A stretch of 64,000 nucleotides of DNA, taken from contig CAVXQE010000002.1 in assembly GCA_963763755.1 (NCBI GenBank), positions 184,576 to 248,575 of the forward strand. The letters are read 5' to 3'. The stretch is from an uncultured Gaiellaceae bacterium. Lineage in GTDB: Bacteria > Actinomycetota > Thermoleophilia > Gaiellales > Gaiellaceae. This document shows positions 40,995 to 50,062 of the stretch, piece by piece; within the stretch, counting starts at the first letter, position 1, and each line of letters opens with the position of its first letter. The position numbers and the translations under genes were made by a program. The notes beneath the pieces were generated by a model, which saw nothing but the letters and a program-made list of their open reading frames with translations, made no database searches and was not told where the DNA came from.

Positions 40995-41023
40995 AATGTA
41001 GAAAACCGGGTGGGCGTCGTCAA
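40995..41023 (-). promoter_or_regulatory. sigma70-like promoter candidate for ask
   Basis: Minus strand reads TTGACG (41023-41018), a 17-nt spacer, then TACATT (41000-40995). Confidence 0.3.
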
Positions 41024-41174
41024 GCAAGCCGGAGGCGAAAAGTCGCTCTTTGCAAGAAAATCGTGAGAGCCGAGAGCCGCGATCGGTGCCGTGTACGCCG
41101 ATGAGCGATCCGAGCGGACTAGAGCGGTGAACGAGCCCCGAGTCCGACGCACGCAGCTTCAGGGGTCTTGGCGC

Positions 41175-41206
41175 GAACCAGAATCTGCTTCCGCAGATTC
41201 TGGTTC
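41175..41206 (-). terminator. perfect 14-bp hairpin just downstream of recR (no U-tract)
   Basis: GAACCAGAATCTGC ggaa GCAGATTCTGGTTC on the minus strand, starting 16 nt after the recR stop. Confidence 0.45.
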
Positions 41207-41222
41207 AAGGTTGCGCCACGAA

Positions 41223-41816
41223 TTAGATCGCGCGCCTGCCGGCCAGTGCCCGGCCGAGAGTCACCTCGTCGGCGTACTCCAGGTCGCCGCCCACGGGCAG
41301 CCCGCTCGCGAGCCGGGTCACGGTGACCCCGTCGCGCAGCCGGTCTGCGAGGTAGGCGGCCGTCGCCTCGCCGGTCATGTTCGGGTTGGTGGCGAGCACG
41401 ACCTCCGTGATCTCCCCGTCTGCGACCCGGCGCAGCAGCTCGCTGATCCGCAGGTGCTCGGGCTCGACTCCATCGAGGGGCGAGAGCGAGCCGCCGAGCA
41501 CGTGGTAGAGGCCGCGGTATTCGTGCGTGCGCTCGAGCGAGATGACGTCCACGGGCTGCTCGACGACACATACGACCGTTCGGTCGCGGCGGCTGTCGAG
41601 GCAGATCGAGCAGACCTCCTCCTCGGTCAGGTTGCCGCAGTCACGACAGAACCGAACGCGCTCCTTGACCTCCTCGATCGCCGCTGCGAGCGCGCTCGCT
41701 TCCTCCTTTCCGGCTGATAGAATGTGGAACGCCAGGCGCTGCGCCGTACGTGATCCGATCCCCGGTAGGCGGGTCAACTGCGCAACGAGATTGTCCACCG
41801 ACGGGCTCAGCACGAC
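41223..41816 (-). CDS. recR: recombination protein RecR
   Basis: [24 protein letters not shown] (HhH), the zinc finger [16 protein letters not shown] and the Toprim part [14 protein letters not shown]...GLYHVLGG...[23 protein letters not shown] start at 41816 is assumed. Confidence 0.9.
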   Translation of the reverse strand, partial: VVLSPSVDNLVAQLTRLPGIGSRTAQRLAFHILSAGKEEASALAAAIEEVKERVRFCRDCGNLTEEEVCSICLDSRRDRTVVCVVEQPVDVISLERTHEYRGLYHVLGGSLSPLDGVEPEHLRISELLRRVADGEITEVVLATNPNMTGEATAAYLADRLRDGVTVTRLASGLPVGGDLEYADEVTLGRALAGRRAI

Positions 41817-41995
41817 CTGAGCGTACCCGTCGGTTTCGGACGTCCCGAGGTTGCGTTTTCGTGAACTGGCGTAAGGGTTGTGTACGGATTGGTGTTTTTG
41901 GGCAGAAACTTGGCACTGTTTGACGTTGTCATCTCTGAGCAGCGCGAAAACCGCGCGGCTCTCTGACACGAACAGCCTTCGAGAGGAACTTTTTG

Positions 41996-43085
41996 ATGAG
42001 TACGGATGTTGCTTTGGGCACGGATGCCCTGAATACGAATGCGGCTGTGACCGGCTTCCTCCATGAGGCCGGCGACCGCGGCGTGGTCGCAGCTACCGAG
42101 CTCGAGGCACTGCAGCTCGAGCACGAGCTCGACGACGACACCCTCGACGAGGTGCGGGCCGCGCTTGCCGCGGCCGACGTCGAGATCGAGGAGGCCGTCG
42201 ACGCCGGGGATGCCCCCGTCGAGCTCGACCTGCGCCCGTCCGGTGTGGTCACCGACAGCCTGCAGCTCTTCCTGAACCAGATCGGCCAGCACCCGCTCCT
42301 GAACGCTGCCGAGGAGGTCGCGCTCGCGAAGCGGATCGAGCGTGGCGACGCCGCGGCGAAGGAGAAGATGGTCAACTCGAACCTCCGCCTGGTCGTCTCG
42401 ATCGCCAAGCGCTACCAGGGCCACGGCCTGCCCGCTGCTCGACCTGATCCAGGACGGCACGATCGGGCTGAACCGCGCGGTCGAGAAGTTCGACTACCGC
42501 AAGGGCTTCAAGTTCTCGACCTACGCCACGTGGTGGATCCGCCAGTCCTGCCAGCGCGCGGTCGCGAACCAGTCGGACACGATCCGCATCCCGGTGCACG
42601 TGCAGGAGCGCCGGCTGAAGCTGAAGCGCGCGCGCCAGAAGCTCGAGGCGACGCACGGCCGCCCGCCGACGCTCGCCGAGCTGGTCGCGGAGACCGAGCT
42701 GAAGCCGCACCACGTCGAGGAGGCTCTCGACGCCGTCGAGGCGTCGGTGTCGCTCAACCAGACCATCGGCGACGGGGACGGCGAGCTCGGCGATCTCTTC
42801 GCCGACCGCACCGTCGAGGAGCCGATCGACCTGGTGGAGATCTCGCTCGAGCAGGAGCGCGTGCGCGAAGCCCTCGAGCGGCTGCCCGAGCGCGAGCGTC
42901 AGGTGATGGAGATGCGCTTCGGCTTCACGGGCCGCGAGGCGGTCAGCCTCGAGGAGATCGGCCGCGAGCTCGGCGTCACGCGGCAGCGCGTCCGCCAGCT
43001 GGAGACGAGCGCGTTCGCGCGTCTCGCGCAGCTGCTCGGCACCAGGCCGCTGCCGTCGGACGAAGCGCTCGCAAGCGTCGCGTAG
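41996..43085 (+). CDS. RpoD/SigA-like group 1/2 sigma-70 factor (one frameshift near 42430)
   Basis: RBS gagagga lies 7-8 nt upstream of ATG 41996. An acidic region-1.1-like N-terminus is followed by [31 protein letters not shown]. After an extra c (ctgcccgctg), the sequence continues [44 protein letters not shown] and the region 4 segment [19 protein letters not shown]. Confidence 0.85.
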
Positions 43086-44029
43086 TAGCCGCTAACCCTC
43101 GGCTCCGATGTGATCCCGGCGTAGAGGACGCCCTCGCCGAACTCGGCGAGGCGCCTCTCCGCCAGGTCGAGGAAGGCGCGAGCGGCCGGGGAGACCGGCG
43201 CGCCGCGCCGCGCGATGAACGCAAACGTGTCGTAGAGCGGCTCGGCGAACGAGATCGAGCCGAGCGATCGGAAGCGGCGGCGGTGCGTGAGCGCCGCCCG
43301 CGGCGCGATCGTGTCCCCGAGCCCGCTCGCCGCCAGCTCGAGAGCGGCTTCCATGTCCTCGATTTCGATCACCGGCTTGAGCTGGACGCCTGCCTGCTGC
43401 GCCCGCTCCTGGAGCTGGCGGCGGGTCGGGTCGCTCCAGCCGTAGTGGGCGTCGTAGAGGATCAGCGGCGACTCGGCGAGCCGCTCGATCGTGATCGGCT
43501 CGTGCACGCGCTCCGGCTCGCGGCTGATGTACACGACTTCCTCGCGCCGCGCGGGCCGGACCTCGAGGCCCTCGTCGTCGACCGGCAGGACGACGAGCGC
43601 CGCCTCGAGCCGACCGCGGCGCACATCCTCGGCGACCTCTGAGGAGTTCTGACCGACGAGCCGCAGCGAAACGCTCGGGTGCTGCGAGCGGAAGTCGGCG
43701 ACGAGGCGCGAGAGCAGGAAGCCGGACGCCGTTCCGAACATTCCGATGCTGAGCGTGCCGCCGCGCAGCTCACGCACGTCGACTACGGCCTCGCGGGCCG
43801 CTGTGAGCGCTGCGAGCACGCGCTCTGCCTCGGGCCGGAACGCCCGCCCGGCCTCGGTGAGGACGACGCCGCGGCCGGCCCGCGCGAAGAGCGCAACGCC
43901 GAGCTCCGATTCGAGGGCGCGCACCTGCTCGGAGAGCGAGGGCTGCGCGAGGTAGAGCGCGCGGGCGGCCCGGCTGAACGAGCCGTGCTCCGCGGCGGCG
44001 AGGAAGTAGGTGAGTTGCTGGAGAGTCAT
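42899..44029 (-). CDS. LysR-family transcriptional regulator (ORF coordinates; the last about 70 codons overlap the sigma gene antisense and are probably not real)
   Basis: [50 protein letters not shown] is the wHTH, followed by a typical LysR substrate-binding domain. A normal length would end near 43100. Confidence 0.8.
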   Translation of the reverse strand: MTLQQLTYFLAAAEHGSFSRAARALYLAQPSLSEQVRALESELGVALFARAGRGVVLTEAGRAFRPEAERVLAALTAAREAVVDVRELRGGTLSIGMFGTASGFLLSRLVADFRSQHPSVSLRLVGQNSSEVAEDVRRGRLEAALVVLPVDDEGLEVRPARREEVVYISREPERVHEPITIERLAESPLILYDAHYGWSDPTRRQLQERAQQAGVQLKPVIEIEDMEAALELAASGLGDTIAPRAALTHRRRFRSLGSISFAEPLYDTFAFIARRGAPVSPAARAFLDLAERRLAEFGEGVLYAGITSEPRVSGYYATLASASSDGSGLVPSSCARRANALVSSWRTRCRVTPSSRPISSRLTASRPVKPKRISIT

Positions 44030-44044
44030 AGGTTCATCCTATCG

Positions 44045-44055
44045 ATCTTGAAGAT
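44045..44055. promoter_or_regulatory. candidate LysR box (11-nt palindrome) in the LysR/EamA divergent region
   Basis: ATCTTgAAGAT lies 16 nt upstream of the LysR start and about 40 nt upstream of the EamA gene. Confidence 0.3.
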
Positions 44056-44090
44056 ATCTCAGTCTTTCCTTCCGCTCAGTCTCCCTTACC

Positions 44091-45047
44091 GTGGGAAACA
44101 TGGGTTTCGACTGGACGCAGGAGCGGATCGGAGCGGCTCTTTGCCTGTTGGCGGCTGCGTCCTTCGCGGTGCAGCCGCTCCTGGCCAAGGTGGCCTTCGA
44201 CAGCGGGGCGAGCATTGCGTCCGTCGGCACGCTGCGATTTGCGCTCGCGGCGGCTCTCCTCGCCGCGCTCGCGCGGCGCACCCTGGCCGTCGCTCCCCTG
44301 CGCGTCCTGCTCCCCCCGTTCGTGCTCGGATTGACCCTCTACGGTCTCGAGACCGGGCTCTTCTTCGCCTCGCTCGATCGGATCGACGTCTCGCTCGCTT
44401 CGCTCCTGGTGTGCAGCTATCCGGCGCTCGTCGTTGCCGGCGCCGTCCTGCTCGGGCGCGAACGGGCGTCGAAGAGGCGGGTGGTGGCGCTCGTCGTCGC
44501 GCTCGCCGGCGTGGCGCTGGCGCTCCTCGGCGGGGTCGGCGGCGCGCTCGATCCAATCGGGATCGCGCTCGCGCTTGCGGCTGCGGTCGTCTATGCGTCG
44601 TACGTGCTCGTCTCCGACCGCTTGCTGGGAACCACGGAGCCGCTGGTGCTCGCAACGATGCTCTGCGCGGGCGCTGCGACCGCCTTTGCGCTCGGCGGCG
44701 CGGCGACGGGGTCGCTCGTCGTCGCGCAGCCTTCGCGCACGTTGCTCCTGATAGCGGCGATCGCGCTCGCGGCAACCGTGCTCCCGATCGCGGCCTTCCT
44801 GGGTGGGGTGCGCCGCCTCGGCCCGTCTCGCGCGACGATCCTCGGCACGGTCGAGCCGCCGTTGACGATCGGCCTCTCCGCGCTCGTCTTCGGCGAGCGG
44901 CTGACCCCGGTCCAGCTCCTCGGTGCGGTGCTCGTGGTCTCGGCCGTCGTGATCGTCCAGGCCCGGGCGCGGACGAGGCCACGACCGGTTCTCGTCACCG
45001 CTGCCGGCCCCGCGCCGGGGCCTGAGCCCGAGCTCCTCGCGGCCTAG
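44091..45047 (+). CDS. EamA/DMT-family transporter
   Basis: Intact 318-aa ORF with about 10 hydrophobic segments and a duplicated EamA-like pattern. It is divergent from the LysR gene. Confidence 0.8.
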   Translation: MGNMGFDWTQERIGAALCLLAAASFAVQPLLAKVAFDSGASIASVGTLRFALAAALLAALARRTLAVAPLRVLLPPFVLGLTLYGLETGLFFASLDRIDVSLASLLVCSYPALVVAGAVLLGRERASKRRVVALVVALAGVALALLGGVGGALDPIGIALALAAAVVYASYVLVSDRLLGTTEPLVLATMLCAGAATAFALGGAATGSLVVAQPSRTLLLIAAIALAATVLPIAAFLGGVRRLGPSRATILGTVEPPLTIGLSALVFGERLTPVQLLGAVLVVSAVVIVQARARTRPRPVLVTAAGPAPGPEPELLAA

Positions 45048-45154
45048 TCCCCACGCGACGAAAAACCCTGGACTTTCGGTCATTACGCGGTAGCTCACTC
45101 CGAGCCAAGGTGAGTGCACACGAACGGTGATCGCTCTGGGAGAGGGGTATCGCC

Positions 45155-45373
45155 ATGAAGGTCCGGGTCAGTCATCCTGCGCTCGTCAAGGATCTCGTCG
45201 AGTTCCTCGGTCGAGCGCGCTGCGAGACGGCGGACGTCCACGGTGCGGTGTTCGACGTGGTCGTGCCGGGCGTCTTCGACACGTCGATCATGCGGCGGGA
45301 TTTGAACCTCTATCTGGCGGCGTGGGGAGGTCTGCATCCGCCCGCCGAGGCGCGGATCCTCGACATCGACTAG
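45155..45373 (+). CDS. small conserved hypothetical protein (72 aa), paralogue of 55542..55757
   Basis: RBS gggagagggg lies 7 nt upstream of the ATG. MKVRVSHPALVKDLVEFL...RRDLNLYLAAW aligns with MRIEVSDPQLVPSLLAFL...RRLELDLMLQVW. Confidence 0.5.
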   Translation: MKVRVSHPALVKDLVEFLGRARCETADVHGAVFDVVVPGVFDTSIMRRDLNLYLAAWGGLHPPAEARILDID

Positions 45374-45376
45374 CTG

Positions 45377-46378
45377 TCAGAGGGCGTGTCGCTCCTCGAG
45401 ATAGCGGGCGACCGGCCACGCTCCATCGGACGTGTTCGAGATCACGGTCTCCGTCCGGGCGGAGTGGGGGTCGTGCGTTGACCGGAACGACACGCCTGCG
45501 TCGTAGCCCTCCAGGATCACGGCGTCGGTCGATGCATGCAGCCAGAAGCCGAGGCCGTACCGCTTCGACTCCGACGGCACGTCGTGTCGCGGGCGCACCA
45601 TCTTGGCCACCCATTCCGCCGACACGATCCGGCCGGCGAGGAACGCGCTCCAGAGGGCGCTGATGTCGGCGGCGGTGGAGTAGACCCCGCCGTCCCCGCT
45701 GCCGCGCACCGGCAGGTGGAACACGTTGCTCCGCCAGCTGCCGTCGATGAGGAGGTAGCCGGCAGCGGCACGCGCGGGAAGCTCGTCGGAGCGGAGGAAC
45801 GCCGTGTCGCCCATCCCGGCCGGCTCGCAGACACGCCGGTGCACGAGGTCGTAGAACGGCAGTCCACTCGCTCGCTCCGCGATCAGGGCAAGCACGACGA
45901 AGCCGCCGTTGCAGTACGAAAAGCGCTCACCGGCAGCGAACTTCGCCGGGTAGCCGCCGAGCACCGTCACGTATTGCTCGGTCGTGGCGAGCTCGTGCAC
46001 CGGCACCGGCAGCACGTAGTCGCTGATCTCGCGCCCCTCGTCCTCGTCGACGTAGTCGCCGATGCCGGACGTGTGTGACAGGAGGTGCTCGATCGTCACG
46101 TCGTCGCCGATCAGCGGGAGATCGGGTCCGAGCAGCGAGCGCGCGGTCGTGTCGAGATCGAGCGTGCCGTCCTCGATCAGACTCACGACCGCAAGCGCCG
46201 TCAGGCCCTTCGCGCCGCTCGCGAGCCCGAACTGCGTGTCGGGCGCGTTCGGAATGCCGTAGCCGCGGTGCGCAAGCCCGTACGCCCTCGTCAGCTCGAG
46301 CCCATCTCCGTCCTCGACCCGGACCACGCCGGAGAACGTCGTCTCGGACGCGATCGCATCGAGCTCGTCAGTGAGCAT
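45377..46378 (-). CDS. serine hydrolase, beta-lactamase/PBP (class C-like) family
   Basis: SxxK motif in FGLASGAKGLTAL, YxN in FSYCNGGF, and a length of about 333 aa from MLTDELDAIA. Confidence 0.85.
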   Translation of the reverse strand: MLTDELDAIASETTFSGVVRVEDGDGLELTRAYGLAHRGYGIPNAPDTQFGLASGAKGLTALAVVSLIEDGTLDLDTTARSLLGPDLPLIGDDVTIEHLLSHTSGIGDYVDEDEGREISDYVLPVPVHELATTEQYVTVLGGYPAKFAAGERFSYCNGGFVVLALIAERASGLPFYDLVHRRVCEPAGMGDTAFLRSDELPARAAAGYLLIDGSWRSNVFHLPVRGSGDGGVYSTAADISALWSAFLAGRIVSAEWVAKMVRPRHDVPSESKRYGLGFWLHASTDAVILEGYDAGVSFRSTHDPHSARTETVISNTSDGAWPVARYLEERHAL

Positions 46379-46388
46379 GCGGGTGGGT

Positions 46389-46715
46389 CTAGAGACCGGG
46401 CAAGCCGAGGCCGCCAAGTCCGCCGGGAAGCATTCCCTGCATCTTCGACTCCATCAGCGCGCTCGCGGAGCGAAGCGCTTCGTTGACCGCCGCGAGCACG
46501 AGGTCGGCCAGCATCTCCGGGTCGTCCGGGTCGATCGCCCTGGGGTCGATCGTGATTCCGACGATCTCGCCGCCGCCCGTCGCCTTCACGATCACCATGC
46601 CGCCGCCGGCGGAGGCCTCGACGACCTCGTTGGCGGCCTCCTCCTGCGCCTGCTGCATCTGCGACTGCATCTGCTGGGCCTGTTGCATCAGCTTGTTCAT
46701 GTCCATCTTGCTCAT
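46389..46715 (-). CDS. ybaB: nucleoid-associated protein YbaB/EbfC
   Basis: 108 aa: MSKMDMNKLMQQAQQMQSQMQQAQEE...GGGMVIVKATGGGEIVGITIDP...LVLAAVNEAL. ATGA overlaps the dnaX stop. Confidence 0.9.
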   Translation of the reverse strand: MSKMDMNKLMQQAQQMQSQMQQAQEEAANEVVEASAGGGMVIVKATGGGEIVGITIDPRAIDPDDPEMLADLVLAAVNEALRSASALMESKMQGMLPGGLGGLGLPGL

Positions 46716-48339
46716 AGCGTCTCCTCGACTTCCTTGGCGTCGAACGTGTCCTTGAACATCGAGATCAGCGCGTCCTCGGTCAGCTCCTCGTCCTCGTCCT
46801 CGGCAAGCTCGTCGTCGTCGGCCGCGCCGAGGGCGAGCGTGACGGCCAGTCGGTGGCCGGTGACCTCGTAGAGCGCGTCGCGGATCACGCCGACGTTCTT
46901 CGGCTCCTCCGCCTGGCGGCGGTGGAAGTCGGCGCTCGCCGGGAACTCGAGCGTGAGCATCTCTGCCTCGAGGGCCGCCGGCCGGGCCTCGCCGAGAAGC
47001 GACGCGACGGGGATCGAGCGTGACTGAACCGCGGGGAGGACGGTGCGCTGCCATGCGTCCTGGAGCTGCTCGAGCGCGAGCGGTGGTGTCTCGGCTGCGG
47101 TCGCCGGTCTCGGCTGGTGGCTGCGGCGCCACGGGCGTCGGCTCCTCGGATCTCGCCGCGGGTACCGGCGCCGAGGCCGGCCGCGGGGGCCGGTGCACCG
47201 CCGGCGCGCTGCTCGAGTTGCTCGACCCGGAACGCGAGCGACTCACGCGAGAGATCGGAGGCGGGACTCGTCACCTTGACCAGCGCGAGCTCGAGTGGCA
47301 GCCGCGGATCGGCGCCCTGGCGCGAGTCCTCGACCGCGACGGCGAGCAGGTCGCACAGCCGCAGCACCGTCGGCGACGGCAGCTGGTTCGCCTGCTCCCG
47401 CAGCCGCTCGCGCGTCTCGTCGGTGACGGGCAGCGAGTCCGGCACGTGACCCATGTGCTGGACGAGCAGGAGATGGCGTAGGTGCTCGAGCAGGTCGGTG
47501 ACGAGGCGGCCGAGATCCTGCCCCTGCTCCGCGAGCTCCTCGAGGAAGACGAGCGCGCCGGCCGTGTCGCGGTCGACGATCGCGTCGCAGAGCCGGAAGA
47601 GCGCGTCCTCCTCGACGGCGCCGAGAAGCTGGAGCACGGACTGGACGTCGATCGTGTTCCCGGTCGCGGAGGCGAGCTGGTCGAGTGTGGAGACGGCGTC
47701 GCGGAACGAGCCGCGCGCACCGCGCGCGATCAGCGCCAGCGCTGCGTCGGGCGCCTCGATCTTCTCGGCATCGGCGATCCGCCGCAGCACGCGGACGAGC
47801 TCCGGCAGCCGCGGACGGGCGAAGACGAACGTCTGGCAGCGCGACCGGACGGTCTGAAGGACCTTGGCGAGGTCGGTCGTGCAGAAGACGAAGACGAGGT
47901 GGGGAGGCGGTTCCTCGATCAGCTTCAGGAGCGCGTTCCAGGCGGCGTCCGTGAGCTGGTGCGCCTCGTCGAGGATGTAGACCTTGTAACGGCCCTCGGC
48001 CGGCTGGAGGATGACCCGGTCGCGGATCTCGCGGATGTCGTCGATCCCGCGCTGCGAGGCGGCATCCATCTCGACGACGTCCAGCGACGTGCCGGCGGCA
48101 ATCGAGACACACGCGTGGCAGACCTTGTCCGGCGTCGCCGTCGGTCCCGTCTCGCAGTTGAGCGCCTTGGCGAGGATCCGCGCCATCGAGGTCTTGCCCG
48201 TGCCGCGCGGGCCGGCGAAGAGGTAGGCCTGCCGGAGCTGGCCGAGCTCGATCGCGTTCCGCAGCGTCCGGACGACCGCCTCCTGGCCGACGACGTCGTC
48301 GAAGTCCTGCGGCCGGTATTTGCGGTAGAGCGCAGTCAC
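46712..48339 (-). CDS. dnaX: DNA polymerase III subunit gamma/tau (frameshifted in the linker, about 46960-47250)
   Basis: GTG start. MTALYRKYRPQDFDDVVGQE, Walker A GPRGTGKTS, the zinc module CETGPTATPDKVCHAC, YILDEAH and SRCQ. The C-terminal piece MLTLEFPASADFHRRQAEEPKNVGVIRDALYEVTG... is in another frame (ORF 46712..46960). Confidence 0.85.
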
Positions 48340-48439
48340 GCTTCGATTGAATCAGGAATCGTGGCGGCTGCGCGATCGGCGTTTGCGGTTCTTCGCTCTA
48401 AGCGCGGAATGGTCTTTCCCGTGCCCTATCGTCCGGGTC

Positions 48440-48829
48440 ATGAGCAAGGCCTTGCGTCTCGACCATTGCGTGATCGCGGTCTCCGACTGGGAGACGTCGA
48501 ACGCGTTCTACCGTGACGTCGTCGGCGCCGAGATCCTCGACGTTGGAGCCGGCCGGTTCGCGTATCGCCTCGGCGACACGCAGCTGAACGTGCACGGCCC
48601 TGGTGTCGACGTCGGCAGCCTTGTCGGGCGGCTTCCCGTCCAGCCGGGTAACAGCGACCTCTGCTTCGTCTGGGCGGGGTCGATCGAGGAGGCAGTCGCG
48701 CATCTCAGGGTGCAGGGCGTCGCGGTCGAGTCGGGCCCGATGGACACCTTCGGCGCGGCTGGTCCCGGTACCAGCGTCTACTTCCGCGACCCGGACGGCA
48801 GCCTGCTCGAGTTCATCTCGTATGGCTAG
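48440..48829 (+). CDS. VOC (glyoxalase/bleomycin-resistance/dioxygenase fold) family protein
   Basis: MSKALRLDHCVIAVSDWETSNAFYRDVVGAE...YFRDPDGSLLEFISYG, 129 aa. Confidence 0.8.
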   Translation: MSKALRLDHCVIAVSDWETSNAFYRDVVGAEILDVGAGRFAYRLGDTQLNVHGPGVDVGSLVGRLPVQPGNSDLCFVWAGSIEEAVAHLRVQGVAVESGPMDTFGAAGPGTSVYFRDPDGSLLEFISYG

Positions 48830-49886
48830 CGAGCGCGTCCTGAGCCGGCGCGAGCTGAATCGCGCGCTGCTGGAACGGCAGCTGCTCCTGGAACGGAAGC
48901 CGCTCAGTCCGGTGAAGGCGGTGGAGCGGCTCGGTGGCCTGCAGGCGCAGTCCACGACGAGCCCGTACCTCTCGCTCTGGGCGCGCCTCGAGGGCTTCGA
49001 GCGCGAGCAGCTCGTGCGGGCGCTCAAGGGACGCCGGCTGGTAAAGGCGATCATCCAGCGCGGGACCCTGCACATCGTCACGCCGTCGGACTTCTGGGCG
49101 TTCGCGACCGCGCGCCGCGAGCTGGGAGGGATTCTCTGGCCGCCCTCGTACGCGGCACGCCTACCGACGGCCCGGCTCGCCGAGCTCGCGGCCTCGGTCG
49201 CAGCCACGCTCGAAGGAGTCGAGCTGACGTTCAAGGAGGTGCGCGCCCTGCTCGAGCCGTACGAGAAGCCGGGGCTCTCCCCGACGTTCATCTGGCGCCG
49301 CATCCAGGGTCACGCCTACATCGTCCACGTCCCGCCGTCGGGGATCTGGGGCTACGGCGGCCACGGTGTGTACACGGCCGCCGAGGGAACGCTGGCCGGC
49401 GGTCCGCCACCACCCGAGGAGGCATTCGACCGGCTCGTCCGCAGCTATCTCGCGGCCTACGGGCCGGCGACCAAGCAGGACATCGGGCAGTGGGCCGGCA
49501 TCCCGCGCGTGGCGCCGATCACCGCCTCGCTCGAGCGGCAGTCGCTGCGAATGTTCCGCGACGAGCAGGGACGCGTCCTCTACGACCTACCGCGGGCGCC
49601 GCTGCCGGACGCCGGGGCGGTCGCCCCCGTGCGGCTGATTCCCCGCTTCGACAATCTCGTGCTCTCGCACGCCGACCGGTCGCGAATCCTGGGCGACGTG
49701 CCTCCGTCGCGCATCGTCACGAACAACGGGATCGTGCACGCGACGATTCTCGTCGACGGCTTCGTGGCGGGAACGTGGCAGCTCGAGCAGGGTCGCGTTG
49801 CGCTCGAGCCGTTCGCACCGCTCGCTCGGAGCTCGCAGCTCGCGCTGAAGGACGAGATCGAGCGCCTCGAGACATTTGTTGAGTAG
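48822..49886 (+). CDS. winged-helix DNA-binding domain protein, AlkZ/YcaQ-like DNA glycosylase family
   Basis: MASERVLSRRELNRALLERQLLLERKPLSPVKAVERLGGLQAQS...VKAIIQRGTLHIV...RLVRSYLAAYGPATKQDIGQWAG...RLIPRFDNLVLSH...ILVDGFVAGTW. The start overlaps the VOC gene by 8 nt. Confidence 0.7.
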   Translation: MASERVLSRRELNRALLERQLLLERKPLSPVKAVERLGGLQAQSTTSPYLSLWARLEGFEREQLVRALKGRRLVKAIIQRGTLHIVTPSDFWAFATARRELGGILWPPSYAARLPTARLAELAASVAATLEGVELTFKEVRALLEPYEKPGLSPTFIWRRIQGHAYIVHVPPSGIWGYGGHGVYTAAEGTLAGGPPPPEEAFDRLVRSYLAAYGPATKQDIGQWAGIPRVAPITASLERQSLRMFRDEQGRVLYDLPRAPLPDAGAVAPVRLIPRFDNLVLSHADRSRILGDVPPSRIVTNNGIVHATILVDGFVAGTWQLEQGRVALEPFAPLARSSQLALKDEIERLETFVE

Positions 49887-50062
49887 CGAGATTTGGCTTG
49901 TTTATGCGGAAAAACCGTGCTAGAGTCTCGTTTGTCGCGTGCCAAAGCGAGTGGCGCCGCGTGAATCGACCGCCCTCAGCAAAGCAGGTCGGGTTCCAGG
50001 GCCGGTGGAGCCGTGCCGCCGGCGATGACCGCAGGCTGGGGTTGAAGGGTCGAGAGAATGAC

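Noticed and set aside
42899-43085. A 187-nt antisense overlap between the LysR gene's 3' end and the sigma factor's 3' end.
   Set aside because: LysR regulators are about 300 aa, and the extra roughly 70 residues ([17 protein letters not shown]...) are low-complexity. The overlap is most likely a stop codon missed through an indel, or natural read-through of a stop-poor frame. It is not a real overlapping-gene arrangement.
46960-47250. The frame change inside dnaX considered as programmed tau/gamma ribosomal frameshifting.
   Set aside because: No A-rich slippery heptamer or downstream stem-loop of the E. coli or Thermus type is present. At least two or three shifts are needed to reach the conserved C-terminus (LTLEFPASADFH...). 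Similar indels occur in unrelated genes. An indel artefact is more likely.
49887-50062. The 175-nt lower-GC leader upstream of the 127-aa hypothetical gene considered as a riboswitch.
   Set aside because: I could not recognise any conserved riboswitch core (SAM, TPP, cobalamin, glycine, c-di-GMP/AMP, ZTP, guanidine). It contains a plausible promoter (TTGTTT-17-TAGAGT). It would need an Infernal scan before any claim.
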